From assembly GCA_041752695.1 (NCBI GenBank), contig JBGSVZ010000035.1:32001-96000 (forward strand): a DNA stretch of 64,000 nt. Direction: 5' to 3'. This document shows, piece after piece, positions 9,935 through 20,800 of this stretch. Position 1 is the first letter of the stretch. Every line of letters begins with the position of its first letter. The DNA comes from Terrimicrobiaceae bacterium (GTDB taxonomy: Bacteria > Verrucomicrobiota > Verrucomicrobiia > Chthoniobacterales > Terrimicrobiaceae). Below the pieces are notes generated by a model. The model searched no databases. It was not told the origin of the DNA and saw nothing but the letters and a program-made list of their open reading frames with translations. Made by a program: the position numbers and the translations under genes.

Positions 9935-12349
9935 CTAGTGCCGGGATACCTTCACGGAAAGAATGCGCATGGGTTTTCCGCCGCCATCAAGACGGAAATC
10001 ACAACTGGCATTTTGCCGTCCGGTAAAAATTGCGTCGGGCAGCACAAATTCATGAGTCAGCACTTTCCCGCTACCCAAGGTCGGCACGGGCGGAGCCGTT
10101 TTGAAGGCTCCAGCCACCATCGCGGCGGCGTCGCTCGAGTCGTAGATGATCCCCAGCGTACCCGCGCTCACGTCTACATAAGTGACACTCACCGTCGCTC
10201 CGTCCGGGGCGACTTTTTCGGCAAAATCATTGGCCACGTCGAAATAGAGGAACGGCGAGCCTCCGCCCGCGACGTTCCATCCGGCCCGGCCATCCAGGGT
10301 CTCAATCTGAGCGACACCATCCGCAATACGCCTCGAACGAAGCCCGGCACTGTCCATTGGCGTGGCCATAACGGATTTTTTGTCAGCGAATTTTGGACGC
10401 TCCGCCTCATATTTCGGATTCGTTTCAAACTCTCGAATGAGCCAAAACAGGGTGGGCATATCCACAAGCAGGTTGGGGAAATTGCCCGGCTCAAGCAGAC
10501 GACGCTGGATCTCCGCGAAGTAGGACGGTGTTTGCAAGATCGAGCGCACAAGCACGAAATTCGGACCCTTCGACTCGAAATACCCGCGCAAAGCATCTAC
10601 TGTCTGCCCCATATCGGCATTGCCTTCGCTGCCTGGAAGATCAGTCATCATTTGAGCAAACGCGAGATTCTTGCGCAGACCGAAGGGCGCGGGAGCCCGC
10701 TGCAATCCAAGACCTCCGGGGGAAAACTTTTGGTAGGCGGCAAACCCGCGATCATTCATCGGGGGCGTGGCCCCGTCGATGCTGAATCCCGTCACCGCAA
10801 GGTCCCACTGCCGGTAGTATTTCTCGTTGTGGGCAACCCAAAGATCCAGCGCGTCGGGCAGGCCGGGAGCCGGGCGCGGAGCTTGGAGCAGAGACGGTTT
10901 GAGATAGCCGGCGGCCTCTCCCGCCACAAAAACTTCGCCCGCCTTCGAGTGTGTGCGAATGTAGTGTAAGCCAAACGGAAAGCGGTTGCCCAGGTTCGGG
11001 TTGATCGCCCAGGAAAGCGGCAAGGTCCCTCGCGCGGGATCGGCCAGAAACCGCGGGAAAAATTTGTAGATCCATGCCCCCGCGTCGTAATCGCCCTGGT
11101 AGTGGGCGTAGTAATTTAGCGGACGGAGTTTGCCCTCCGCATCCAAAACCCCTGACGCGATGAGTCGCTCACGAGTGGGCACGGCATCCTGTTTGATCAC
11201 GTCGGGCAGCGGATACTTGGAATAAAACGAGGCATTCGGAAAGGAGGAGTGCCCCAGCGCATCGGCGTCCATGTAGCCATTGTGCGCGGTGATGGTCTCC
11301 GAGAATTTCCACTCGGTGAGGACCGCCCCATGCCTGCCACCGGCGTTCCAGCCATTGCTCGCAGCGTCGCTGTACTTGAAGGCCCAGGGCGGGAATCCGA
11401 ACACGGCAATCATGTTCTTTTGCCGGTTGGCCTTCACCATGGCCGCGAGGATTTCCCGGAAGGTTTTTGCATCGGTCCCGGGCGGTTGCTTGGGGTCATC
11501 CACCGAAGCCTCATCATCCCAGACATTGAGGTCCACAATGGCTGCGCGATGGGCCATGAGATAGTCGAGATTGTTCAAGGTGTGATTCGAGAGTGGCTGG
11601 GCATTGGCGCACTGGAGCCAAAAAGCATCAATGTAGTAGCCGAGGATGCGATCGTTTGTTTTTCCCGGCTTGATGCAATTTTCCAGCAGCCAGACGTAAG
11701 CGTCGTTCTTCGCGCTTCCGGTGGATTCTCGCGACGTCTCGGGAATTTTGCCCGTGCCCGTAAAAAGCGGGGTTCCATCGTCAGCTAGGAAACGGCGGAC
11801 AACTTTGAATTCAATCGGAGCAGAGGTCATCTCTCGGTAAAGCGAACCCTCGCTCTCATCAAATCGCACGGCCAGCAGATCGTCCACCCCAGCCACCGTC
11901 GCCGCAACATTCGAAGTCGCCGGCACTCGCTCGTCCCACACGACCAGCCCCTTCACGGCCTCCGGAAATTTGGCCAGGAGCTCCGCCACACTTCCCACCC
12001 GCTCGACCTTTCGATCCGCCAGCCAAGCACCTGGCTCGGTCATCTTCTCAAACCAAAAATCATCCGGCTCGGTATTATAACGAACGAACAGACGCGGCGT
12101 TTCCCGGTTCACAATGCCCTGCAGACATGTCGCCAACATCACCTTGTCGTAATGCCTCCGCAACGCCTCTGGATTGCTCACGTCCAATCTCGTATGTTCC
12201 TCGGATAGGTCAAAAACCACAATCGCGGAATCGGCTTCTCCAGCCCATCCAGAAGTAGATGTTATCGCGATAAGGATCGCCCACGCGCCTAGCCAGAAAA
12301 CACAGGCGCGAAAGGTGACGACAGTCATTCTTGAGGAGACGAAAAACAT
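9935..12349 (-). CDS. GxGYxYP-family putative glycoside hydrolase, secreted, with a C-terminal beta-sandwich module
   Basis: LQGIVNR, GDYD, ARGTLPLSWAINP and AAGYLKP (GxGYxxP-like) motifs; signal-peptide-like N terminus. The ORF-track TTG start at 12385 lies in a predicted promoter, so ATG 12349 or 12328 is more likely. Confidence 0.7.
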   Translation of the reverse strand: MFFVSSRMTVVTFRACVFWLGAWAILIAITSTSGWAGEADSAIVVFDLSEEHTRLDVSNPEALRRHYDKVMLATCLQGIVNRETPRLFVRYNTEPDDFWFEKMTEPGAWLADRKVERVGSVAELLAKFPEAVKGLVVWDERVPATSNVAATVAGVDDLLAVRFDESEGSLYREMTSAPIEFKVVRRFLADDGTPLFTGTGKIPETSRESTGSAKNDAYVWLLENCIKPGKTNDRILGYYIDAFWLQCANAQPLSNHTLNNLDYLMAHRAAIVDLNVWDDEASVDDPKQPPGTDAKTFREILAAMVKANRQKNMIAVFGFPPWAFKYSDAASNGWNAGGRHGAVLTEWKFSETITAHNGYMDADALGHSSFPNASFYSKYPLPDVIKQDAVPTRERLIASGVLDAEGKLRPLNYYAHYQGDYDAGAWIYKFFPRFLADPARGTLPLSWAINPNLGNRFPFGLHYIRTHSKAGEVFVAGEAAGYLKPSLLQAPRPAPGLPDALDLWVAHNEKYYRQWDLAVTGFSIDGATPPMNDRGFAAYQKFSPGGLGLQRAPAPFGLRKNLAFAQMMTDLPGSEGNADMGQTVDALRGYFESKGPNFVLVRSILQTPSYFAEIQRRLLEPGNFPNLLVDMPTLFWLIREFETNPKYEAERPKFADKKSVMATPMDSAGLRSRRIADGVAQIETLDGRAGWNVAGGGSPFLYFDVANDFAEKVAPDGATVSVTYVDVSAGTLGIIYDSSDAAAMVAGAFKTAPPVPTLGSGKVLTHEFVLPDAIFTGRQNASCDFRLDGGGKPMRILSVKVSRH

Positions 12350-12356
12350 TTTTATC

Positions 12357-12385
12357 AGCCTGATTGCAAACGTTTTCAGATGCAA
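12357..12385 (-). promoter_or_regulatory. Candidate sigma70-type promoter with a LacI-type operator (12365..12378) in the spacer
   Basis: Minus strand reads TTGCAT-N17-CAGGCT; the spacer contains TGAAAACGTTTGCA. Confidence 0.55.
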
Positions 12386-12421
12386 GATGAAATTCCACCT
12401 GAATCTCGAATCCAGAGGGAC

Positions 12422-15130
12422 TCAGGGATCGATGTCATAGCTACGCTTAGCCGAAGTTTTCTTGCGCCAGGCGTCCTTCGGGGGGGGACGACGCGCAAGC
12501 TCTGAGGCGATGGCCGGCGATTGAAGCGCCAGCTCCAGCTTTTCGCGGAAAAGCGTCATTTCCTTGAGTTGGGTCTCGCTCACGAAGCCATCGCATTCAT
12601 AATCCTGCCACAACACCGCAGGCACCCCGCCCTCCTCTGCGACGGCTTCCCACCAAAGAAAGATCGGCGTGAGCACATGCATCATTGCACCTTTGATGGG
12701 GCGATCCACGTTGAGGGCACGTTGGTAGTCGGGACTGCCGTAGCGCTCATTCAGGGCGATGTCGCGCATGTGATTAAACTGGGCCAACCACATGGGGGTG
12801 ACGCCTTGGGCGACCGCCCGGCGAGTCAGGTCGCGCACCTCGGCGGGGGTATACGGGAGTGTCGTGTAGTCGGAGTGGTAAGCCATGGTCTCCGAGGGTT
12901 GAAGAATCTCAGCGATGAGACCACACCGCCGCTGGGAGTAGTAAACGTGCCGCAGATGGGGATTGGGATCGGCGGAATCGATGCCAGCCACGAGCGCGTT
13001 GCCACCTTCGGTCCGCACATTCAGTGTCGCCTCGGGAATTTTCTTGCGCAGCCGATCCAGCAAATCGCGATAGTTACGGACACGGAGTTCGGTGCGGAAG
13101 GCGTCCCAGTCCAATACCGCTCGAGACCAGTCGTGAAAAAGATTTTGATCATTCGCGTAAACCCACTTGTGCCCAAACTGATTGACCTCCTGGTTCCGCT
13201 CAGGGTCAATTTCGCTCCATTCTTTGAACGCACTGCCCCAAGCGGCATTCAGCAAATCTATGGATCCGTAGCGGTCTTTTGCCCAGGCTTGAAAGGCTGC
13301 CAAAACCGTTGGCCCTTTCGGATAACGAATGTGGACATCGAGTCGCAACCAACCCCGACTGTCCTCGACACTGAAAGGTATCTCGCCTGCCGCATTCTGC
13401 GCATAATTGTCGCCCCAGCGTCCAAATTGGTAGAGCGCGACGATCTCATTCGCATCGACGAGATCTGGATCCAACAGGTCGGCCTCCCCCGGAAAAACCT
13501 CGGTAAGTTTGATGGGTCGTCCGGAAACCCAAGAAGCAATTTCGCCGATGGTCGAGCGGGGGTAAGGGTAGTTGATCCAACCTTCAATGCGCGGGCCATC
13601 AAAACGCGCCAGGTCGAGGAAAAACTTCAACGCATCGCCATTGGGATTCGATGTCGGGGTCGCCTGAGCATGGGTGTAGGGGCGGTCGATGAAATCGTAG
13701 AGCCATGGCATTGCGGTGGTCGTGACCATGGTGATGCCGTGACTTTTCATCGCAGCCAGATCGCTCCGCAAGGTCCGCTCAACGTCCGGCCCCATCTGGA
13801 CATTCGCCCGCATATCGCTCATCGTCTGCGTGGCGATCAAGGGCTGCCAGCGATTCCCACTCCAAATGAGGTTGCGCTCAGTGGGTCGAAACGCTACCGC
13901 GAGCGACTCGCTTTCGACGGAAATCGGCACGCTCAGCGTTTGTAAGGTCGGGGGATTCCCGACGAGCAGCTTGAGAGTGACGTCCGTCGTCCAAGGTGCG
14001 ACCTGGAGGTGCAGGGTGCCTTCGACGCCATCTTTGCCGATGCCGCTCAAGTTCCCGTCAAAGGCGGTCATGAATTCCTCAAACGTATGTAACCATGCGT
14101 TGAGCTTGTGGTTCTCAGCACCATCCGAGAGGACGCGCACGATAGGGTCCGGCTCGGTGGCTCTCGCCTCCGCGACAACCTCAAACTTCCACGTATCCCG
14201 TTGGACTGGCCGGCCAGACCATATGTTGATGATCCAATCGAACTCCGACTCATAGCGTGCGACGGAATCGATTTCCAATTTGTATTTCCCGGGCTCGAGC
14301 CCATGCCCATGGGTCGGCAACTCCCCATCGCCTGACATGAAGTTCAGCCAGAATTTTCCACCCTCGCCGGGATAAACATAACGGAATATTCGAACATAGC
14401 GATTGTAAGCGATGCCAAAGGGCTTCCACGTCCCATCGGAGGCCTGGCGGAAAAGTTTCGGCTCGAAGAGAAATCCACCAATGCCTTCGGGGTCTAAAAT
14501 TGTGTCGCCCGTGTTCGTGAACTCGAATTGAAACCACACCAGATCGCCCGCAGCCACATGGCCGGAACGAACAAGCGGTGCGGCATCGTAGTCCGGGTAT
14601 CGGCCGGCAGGGACGTCGCTCCCGTCTGGCGTGAGATGATGCCGAGCACCCTGCCGATGTTTCGCTGAGACCGAGCCAAGATAGCGAAAATCCACGGCGA
14701 TTCGTCCCGGCAGTGAGAGATCAAAGTGAGCACGACCATGATTTTTTTTCGAATCCTCGAACGCTGTGGCGGCAACGTGGACGGGCTGAGAGCCAATATC
14801 CTCGTCCACAGGAGTTTTTGTAGGCCTTACCGAGTAGGAGATGGGCACAACGTCATAGGCGGTTGCCGTTTTCGGCACACGAGCCTCGAGCATCACATCG
14901 CCAATATTCATGCGGACGCGTTGCGCAGGTGCCTCGGCATATTTTCGTAAAAGCCCGGTGCGCCCGGCTTCACGCCGCAAAGGGTCGTAAATCAGCCCCC
15001 CATCCGAGGCGATCGCATAAGTGTCAATGGGAGCGGGACCTGGTGCAGCGGGCTCGAGTGCCACAGCAAGACTTGCCGGCATGGCGAGCGCGACGATGAG
15101 GACTTTGAGGGAACAATGTGAGGCATTCAA
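12422..15130 (-). CDS. Secreted hypothetical protein with a clan GH-A/GH42-like segment (putative glycoside hydrolase)
   Basis: 902 aa with a signal peptide. FQAWAKDRYGSIDLLNAAWGSAFKEWSEID...LDWDAFR resembles the helical insert of GH42-type TIM barrels. I do not recognise the rest. Confidence 0.55.
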   Translation of the reverse strand: MNASHCSLKVLIVALAMPASLAVALEPAAPGPAPIDTYAIASDGGLIYDPLRREAGRTGLLRKYAEAPAQRVRMNIGDVMLEARVPKTATAYDVVPISYSVRPTKTPVDEDIGSQPVHVAATAFEDSKKNHGRAHFDLSLPGRIAVDFRYLGSVSAKHRQGARHHLTPDGSDVPAGRYPDYDAAPLVRSGHVAAGDLVWFQFEFTNTGDTILDPEGIGGFLFEPKLFRQASDGTWKPFGIAYNRYVRIFRYVYPGEGGKFWLNFMSGDGELPTHGHGLEPGKYKLEIDSVARYESEFDWIINIWSGRPVQRDTWKFEVVAEARATEPDPIVRVLSDGAENHKLNAWLHTFEEFMTAFDGNLSGIGKDGVEGTLHLQVAPWTTDVTLKLLVGNPPTLQTLSVPISVESESLAVAFRPTERNLIWSGNRWQPLIATQTMSDMRANVQMGPDVERTLRSDLAAMKSHGITMVTTTAMPWLYDFIDRPYTHAQATPTSNPNGDALKFFLDLARFDGPRIEGWINYPYPRSTIGEIASWVSGRPIKLTEVFPGEADLLDPDLVDANEIVALYQFGRWGDNYAQNAAGEIPFSVEDSRGWLRLDVHIRYPKGPTVLAAFQAWAKDRYGSIDLLNAAWGSAFKEWSEIDPERNQEVNQFGHKWVYANDQNLFHDWSRAVLDWDAFRTELRVRNYRDLLDRLRKKIPEATLNVRTEGGNALVAGIDSADPNPHLRHVYYSQRRCGLIAEILQPSETMAYHSDYTTLPYTPAEVRDLTRRAVAQGVTPMWLAQFNHMRDIALNERYGSPDYQRALNVDRPIKGAMMHVLTPIFLWWEAVAEEGGVPAVLWQDYECDGFVSETQLKEMTLFREKLELALQSPAIASELARRPPPKDAWRKKTSAKRSYDIDP

Positions 15131-15175
15131 ACCGTGTCAAGGTACCAAAATCAGACCTTCAATTCCAATCTTTAT

Positions 15176-15189
15176 TGAAAACGTTTGCA
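15176..15189. promoter_or_regulatory. LacI-family-type operator TGAAAACGTTTGCA
   Basis: Near-palindromic 14-mer about 45 nt upstream of the 12422..15130 gene; identical to the sites at 12365 and 47869. Confidence 0.65.
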
Positions 15190-15343
15190 TATTGCGAGCG
15201 ACGGCGTGGTGGCTGGTTTATGTAATCGGACTGCAAGCCGGGTCGCAGAGGTGATTTTTACTATTTCCCGAAGGGATTGACCTAGAAAGCTGAGAAAAAA
15301 TTCGGCTTCGAGAAAGAGGCCGCTGCCCCAAGTGCAGCCCCGC

Positions 15344-15979
15344 TCATTCGCAGGCGACTTTCAACAACTTGGCCAGATCGCCATGAAACAGGTAGTCGCG
15401 GGAGGCAACGACAGCAAGCAGCACACAGCGCTTCCCTTTAGCGGCGTGCATTGCGTGGGGCACTGAGGCGTCGTAATAGACCGCATCCCCCTCGTTGAGC
15501 AGCATTTCCTCCTGCCCGTAAGAAAACTCGCATTTGCCGGTGAGCACGTAGTTAAATTCCTCTCCGGCGTGAAAGCGCAGGGGATGTCGCACTTTCTCCG
15601 GGTTGAGCGTCACGAGGATTGGCTCCATCAGCTTTCCACGTTTGCGAGCCGCCAGAAGTTCCAGCCCGACAGAAATTCGCTTCACAATCCGCTGCTTGCG
15701 TCCACCTCCCGCCCGGCACAACTCCATGGGCAGCCCCGCCTCATCTTCCTCGAAGAACGTTGCCATCGGCACTTTAAGCGCCCGCGCCACCAGATCAAGA
15801 TTGTGGAGCGTGAGCGCGGCCCGGTGATTCTCCACGCGGGAGAGATAAGCGGCCGACAGCCCGCATTGCCCGCCCAGCGCGGCCAACGTCAGCGACTGTT
15901 GGTTCCTGAGACGTCTCATCGTTCCCGAAACCCGCAGGTCGATGGTGGCCAGACGCTGGATTTTGGATTTGGCCTTCAT
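15344..15979 (-). CDS. XRE-family HTH regulator with a C-terminal cupin domain
   Basis: LTLAALGGQCGLSAAYLSRVE HTH; cupin motifs HAGEEFNYVLTG and GDAVYYDASVPH. ATG at 15979 preferred over 16012. Confidence 0.9.
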   Translation of the reverse strand: MKAKSKIQRLATIDLRVSGTMRRLRNQQSLTLAALGGQCGLSAAYLSRVENHRAALTLHNLDLVARALKVPMATFFEEDEAGLPMELCRAGGGRKQRIVKRISVGLELLAARKRGKLMEPILVTLNPEKVRHPLRFHAGEEFNYVLTGKCEFSYGQEEMLLNEGDAVYYDASVPHAMHAAKGKRCVLLAVVASRDYLFHGDLAKLLKVACE

Positions 15980-16088
15980 GGGAGCCGAGTGAAAAACCAA
16001 TCCACCCGCCAAGCAAGCCGAGAATCCACAGACAAGTGGCAGTCCATGGATTCATGGGGAAAGGGCATGCTGGGAACAGGAAATCCCA

Positions 16089-17468
16089 TCAAGGCTTTTT
16101 GTCCAGCAAGGCTTCCAACTCTTCAAGAGAGCGTCCTTTGGTTTCAGGAATGAATTTCCAGATGAAGACAAGGGCGATGACGCAGGTTCCCCCGAAAAAC
16201 CAGAAGACTTTGTGCTCGTAGGTCCGCAACAGGAAAGGGAAGAACTGGGAGACCGCGAAGTTGGCAAGCCACAGCAGGAGCACCGTAATGCTGACGGCGT
16301 GGGCCCGCACGCGGTTTGGGAAGATCTCAGCGATCACCGTCCAAACCAGAGGGCCCATGCCAATGGAGAAGCCTGCCACATAGACCAGCACCCAAAGAAG
16401 CATGGTCCCGCCAGCGGCCCCGCCGTCCCCGGAATAGGCCGCTCCGAGCCCGAACAACCCCGTTCCCATGCAAGCAGTGGAGAGCAGGAGCAGTGGTCGA
16501 CGACCGGCCCGATCCGCCAGCAGCAACGTTACCATCGTGAAGCCGAGCATGACCAGGCCGATGATGACCGAGTGGCCAATGGCCGAGGTGGTTTCAATTC
16601 CAGCACTCGTGAATATGCGCGGCGCGTAATACATCACAATGTTAATTCCGGTGATTTGCTGCAGGATGGCAAGGATGGCACCGATCACAAAGATCCGTCG
16701 CACCGGGGGGCGCAGGCAATCGGAAAAATGCCCCGGTTTGTCGGACACAGAGGTGTGGATGTCCGCCAACTGGGCTAGTGAATCGCCTCTCGGGTCGAGA
16801 CGTGCCAAAATCCCTCGCGCCTTGTCTTCAAGCCCTCGCATGACCAGCCAGCGCGGCGATTCAGGTATGCCCAGCAACATCAGGAAAAACAAGGCGGCTG
16901 GCAAGGCTTCGGAGGCGAACATCCAGCGCCATGCGGTAGACACTCGCCACGCTTCATCGCCCACCGCTGCGAGCTTGGCATTGACGATATAGACAACCAC
17001 CATGCCGATCAGGATGGCGATTTGGTTAAGTGTCGTCAGCGCGCCACGCATTCGCGCGGGCGAAATTTCCGATATATAAACTGGTGAGAGCATGGAGGCG
17101 GCACCAACGCCCAGACCGCCCAGAATCCGCGCAGCGGCCAATTCGCCCGCGCCGGAGGCCAGTCCTGACCAGACTGCAGAGGCAAAAAACAGCACCGCGC
17201 ACACCAGCAGTGATACCTTGCGTCCCAGAGCATCGCCCATCCAGCCCGCCGCCCCGGCTCCTGCCACGCTGCCAAGCAGGGCACTGGATACCGTCCACCC
17301 AAGCTCGAGATCCGAGAGTTGAAAGCGGGTCTGCAAGAAATCCACTGTGCCGGCAATGACGGCTGTGTCGTAACCAAAAAGCAACCCACCCAGCGCGGCA
17401 ACCGCGCTGGCGTAAAGGACGAAACCAATGCTGTGTCTGGAGGAAGAACTGGGGGGCATGGAACTCAT
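16089..17468 (-). CDS. MFS sugar porter (XylE/GalP-like sugar:H+ symporter)
   Basis: GGLLFGYDTAVIAG, DALGRK, YISEISP, PESPRWL, QQITGIN, EIFP and PETKGRSLEE signatures. Confidence 0.93.
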   Translation of the reverse strand: MSSMPPSSSSRHSIGFVLYASAVAALGGLLFGYDTAVIAGTVDFLQTRFQLSDLELGWTVSSALLGSVAGAGAAGWMGDALGRKVSLLVCAVLFFASAVWSGLASGAGELAAARILGGLGVGAASMLSPVYISEISPARMRGALTTLNQIAILIGMVVVYIVNAKLAAVGDEAWRVSTAWRWMFASEALPAALFFLMLLGIPESPRWLVMRGLEDKARGILARLDPRGDSLAQLADIHTSVSDKPGHFSDCLRPPVRRIFVIGAILAILQQITGINIVMYYAPRIFTSAGIETTSAIGHSVIIGLVMLGFTMVTLLLADRAGRRPLLLLSTACMGTGLFGLGAAYSGDGGAAGGTMLLWVLVYVAGFSIGMGPLVWTVIAEIFPNRVRAHAVSITVLLLWLANFAVSQFFPFLLRTYEHKVFWFFGGTCVIALVFIWKFIPETKGRSLEELEALLDKKP

Positions 17469-17834
17469 TTCTCGATCTAAGCCTACAATGGAATTCCGAT
17501 GTCAAGCACAGAAGTTATTGTAATAATTCTCGTTAAATCACTTTCGGGCTTCGAACGACCGTTAAGCTTAAACCGGTTTCTGGACGAGTTTTCGAACGTG
17601 GAAATCTCTGGCAGCAAGGTGGAGGCAAAAGCGCTCAGCAAGGAACAACGCGAGAAATATGACCTTCACCGTCCGCACTCTTAACCTGGGGACCAAACTC
17701 CGGCGGAGTTTGCGCAGCGATGCTTTACTTGGTTACGGACTAATCCGCTCCGGCACTTAAAGTTCCGGCAACTAAACTCGCCGAAGCGAACATAGTGCTT
17801 ATAGGGAGAGAACATATATATTTTGCTATAATTT

Positions 17835-20800
17835 CTAAGGTTTGGGACGGGCGATCTCCGCTCGCAACTGAGCAGCGAGGCCGGGGTCAGCGCACTCTAT
17901 CTGAGCCATGAAGTGGTTACTGGGGTTGACCAGCTTCACGAGGAAATGATTCCAGCCTTTGCGCAGAGACACGCGGCTGACCTCGGATTTTCCTGGTTGG
18001 CGAGGATTCACACCGCGATCCTCGTGAATGAGCGCTCCGTTCAGCCAAAATTCCCCTCCTGCCTCGCAGCCGACGATAAGATCGACTTTTGCCTCGAGAC
18101 CCACATCCAGCAGATCATCCGACCTCGGGCTAAACAGCCAGAAGCTGGCATAGACCACCTGGTTATCGGCACCTGCATCGGCAGATGGCGAATCCAAGTT
18201 GAAGCGTCCCTCCGCGTTAGCTGTCACTTCACGCCAGACGTGGTCACCGTGCTTTTCCCCAACCTGCGGCGCAATGGTGGTCTCCCCGCCCGCCAAGTCT
18301 TTATCGAAGGCCTCTTCAAGGCTGGTGGCCTGGAGCGGGCCAAGAACGAGCGCCCTGGTGAGACGGCCCTTGGTATCCAATAGACCGGCAGTCACCGGCT
18401 TTGGTTCAGACAGGTGAATGCCGAGTCCAATCAGGAGGGCGCGGAAAAACTCTTGATGCGTGGGCGTCGGTGCCACCGATTCGATGCTGCTGACGACGAG
18501 CCGCCCGCCTCCGGTGCCAAATTCGACGAGGGCCGCGCCGGGAGGTTTGGCTTCGCGTTCCGAACGAGTCGCCGCAGCGTTCTTCAGCTGTTCCAAAGCA
18601 TTTCGCCAAGTCTGCCAATTGAGATTTGTGGGGCGAAGAATTACCTGGCCCCGCTCTACCAACGGGCCTTGCAAAACATACTGTATTACATCCCGAGCCT
18701 CGCTGACCTCACTGAAATAGCAGCGGCTGGGCGACAACGTGTCCGCCAGCGGATGACCTCTGGCAGGCAGCAGCGAACTAGCCGATCGCGCGACCGCTTG
18801 CAACGGGAGCGGCAACAGCGCATTAGCCGCGTTCAAGGTTTTGGGATTTATGCCCCACACCAGCACGGTGCCACCGGCCTTGAGGGTTTCATCGATCTGC
18901 GTTTTGGCCGTCGGACTGGCGTCCGCGAGTGATTCCAGATCGACAACCATCACGGGCGCGACCGCGTTTGCAGCAACCCAAGGCACCCCAGCCTGATTCA
19001 ACGTCTGGAACAGTGTCGACGACCGGTCGCCGAGGAACGCGACGGCAGTTACGTTTCCGGTGTTGGCCAGTGGCGTCGGCGGTCCGGGGTTGATTTCTGC
19101 CTCCGGATTTTCAAAAAGCCGGCGCGAAAACTGGGCCGGACGGTTCGTGGCGTAGGCATCGCGGGCCGCATCAAAGACCGGGGTGGGCTGATATAGGGGC
19201 AGACTCGGGTCGTAACCCGGATTGAGCATGGTGATATACGGCCCGAGGCGTTCCGGTTGGGTTCCCGGCTGGCCTTCTACAAAAGGGGAGGTGAAGTGGA
19301 CGCCGTCACTCAACTCTGGAGGCCGGGTCAGGTCGCGCAGACCAAACGGCAGCGGCCAGCAGCCGTGGTAGGTCACATTATACACGGAAATGGCACTGAT
19401 ATTTGGGAATGGCTTTATTTGCTTTTCGACCAATTCATCCCATACCGCGAACGCCAACCCTTCAGCGCGACCTTGCCAGCTTTCATACGCCCGCCCGCCA
19501 TTCCATTCACTGACCTGCAGAGGCGTACCACACCAGAGATAGGTGGACTCGGTTACGCCCCACGGCTTCCCCACTTGCTCATGGGCGCGATAATGATCCA
19601 CCCCGGGTCCGTAGTGCGCCGTGGCGACCGGAAAACGTCCGCCCCAATCGCTGTCGCCGTCAGCCGCAATCCATGGGCGGGACGGGTCCAGTCGCCGGAC
19701 GCTTTCGACAAGTGGAATGAAATTGTCACCGACCTGGTCGAATACTTTCTGATCGCCGGTCTTAACCTTAAGAGCTGCGAGGGTCTCATTTTCCAAGCTC
19801 CAGCCACAGAGGCTTGCGTAGTTGCGGTCGCGACGGACAAGCCTGGCGGTATGATCCGCGTAGCGTTCCCATGTGACGGGAAGCTCAAGATTTAGATTTG
19901 CGCTACTCCCGTAAATAGCCGTTTCGTCGTGAACCAGAATTCCCATTTCATCCGCAAGATCCAAGTAGAATCGCGGATGGGGAAACGCATGGAGACGGAC
20001 GGTATTTACATTACAGTCTTTAAGCATCTTATACCACGCCCACGCGTGCCGGGGGGTCATGTGTGCGATCCCAAAGAAGTGACAGAGCTCGGCATTCATC
20101 CGCAGCGGTTCACCATTGAGGGTAAACTTTTGATCCTTGGAACCAAACTGCCGCCAGCCAAACCGGGTGATACTTCGATCAAGGACTTTATCGCCTGACT
20201 TTACCTCCACCAGCAGACCATAAAGATTCGGCTGGGCCGGGGTCCATTTCTTCAATTCGTCATGCACCGGAAGCGTCAGACGCGTCAGGTTGGATTTGCC
20301 TGCTTCAATGAGAACTGGCGGCGATGGCGGAAATGAAATCATCGGATCCGAACCGAACCGTCCACGATTTTCTGGTGCCGAGACCACGTTGGTCTCTCCA
20401 GAAGGCAACCATGGGACTACGCGAGCTTCCACGGATACTTCGCCAGGAGCGGAGGCGTCATTGCGCAGTTCGACTTCGACCCTCAATTCATTCGCGTCGA
20501 GCACCGATTGGACGAAGACGTCTGTCACACGAGTCGGTGGCAAAGCTTGTAAATAGACATCCTGCCAAATGCCAAGCATCAACTCACCCCACCACGCGCC
20601 GGCAGGATACGTCAAATAGCCGAGCCGTCCCGGCTGATTGAAAAATCGCATGGCCCGGACGCCGACAAGCAACTCATTCGGCCCTCGTGAGTGAACGGCA
20701 TCAGTAACATCCAGATCGAATGGCAGGAATTTGTCGGAGTTGCGCCCGACGACCTTACCGTTAACTCGCACCTCGCAGTCGCCCGATACCGCCTCAAAGT

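Noticed and set aside
2712..10969. Antisense or alternative-frame ORFs of 258-343 aa (2712, 4257, 6121, 7149, 8287, 9938)
   Set aside because: They overlap genes with clear family motifs and have no motifs of their own.
12521..13945. 474-aa plus-strand ORF
   Set aside because: Antisense shadow of the 902-aa gene with no recognisable motifs; long shadows are expected at this GC content.
17499..17712. 61-aa ORF and an 8-bp hairpin (17694..17712) in an AT-richer spacer
   Set aside because: No recognisable homology, the hairpin lacks a clear U-tract, and the evidence is insufficient for an sRNA, peptide or mobile remnant.
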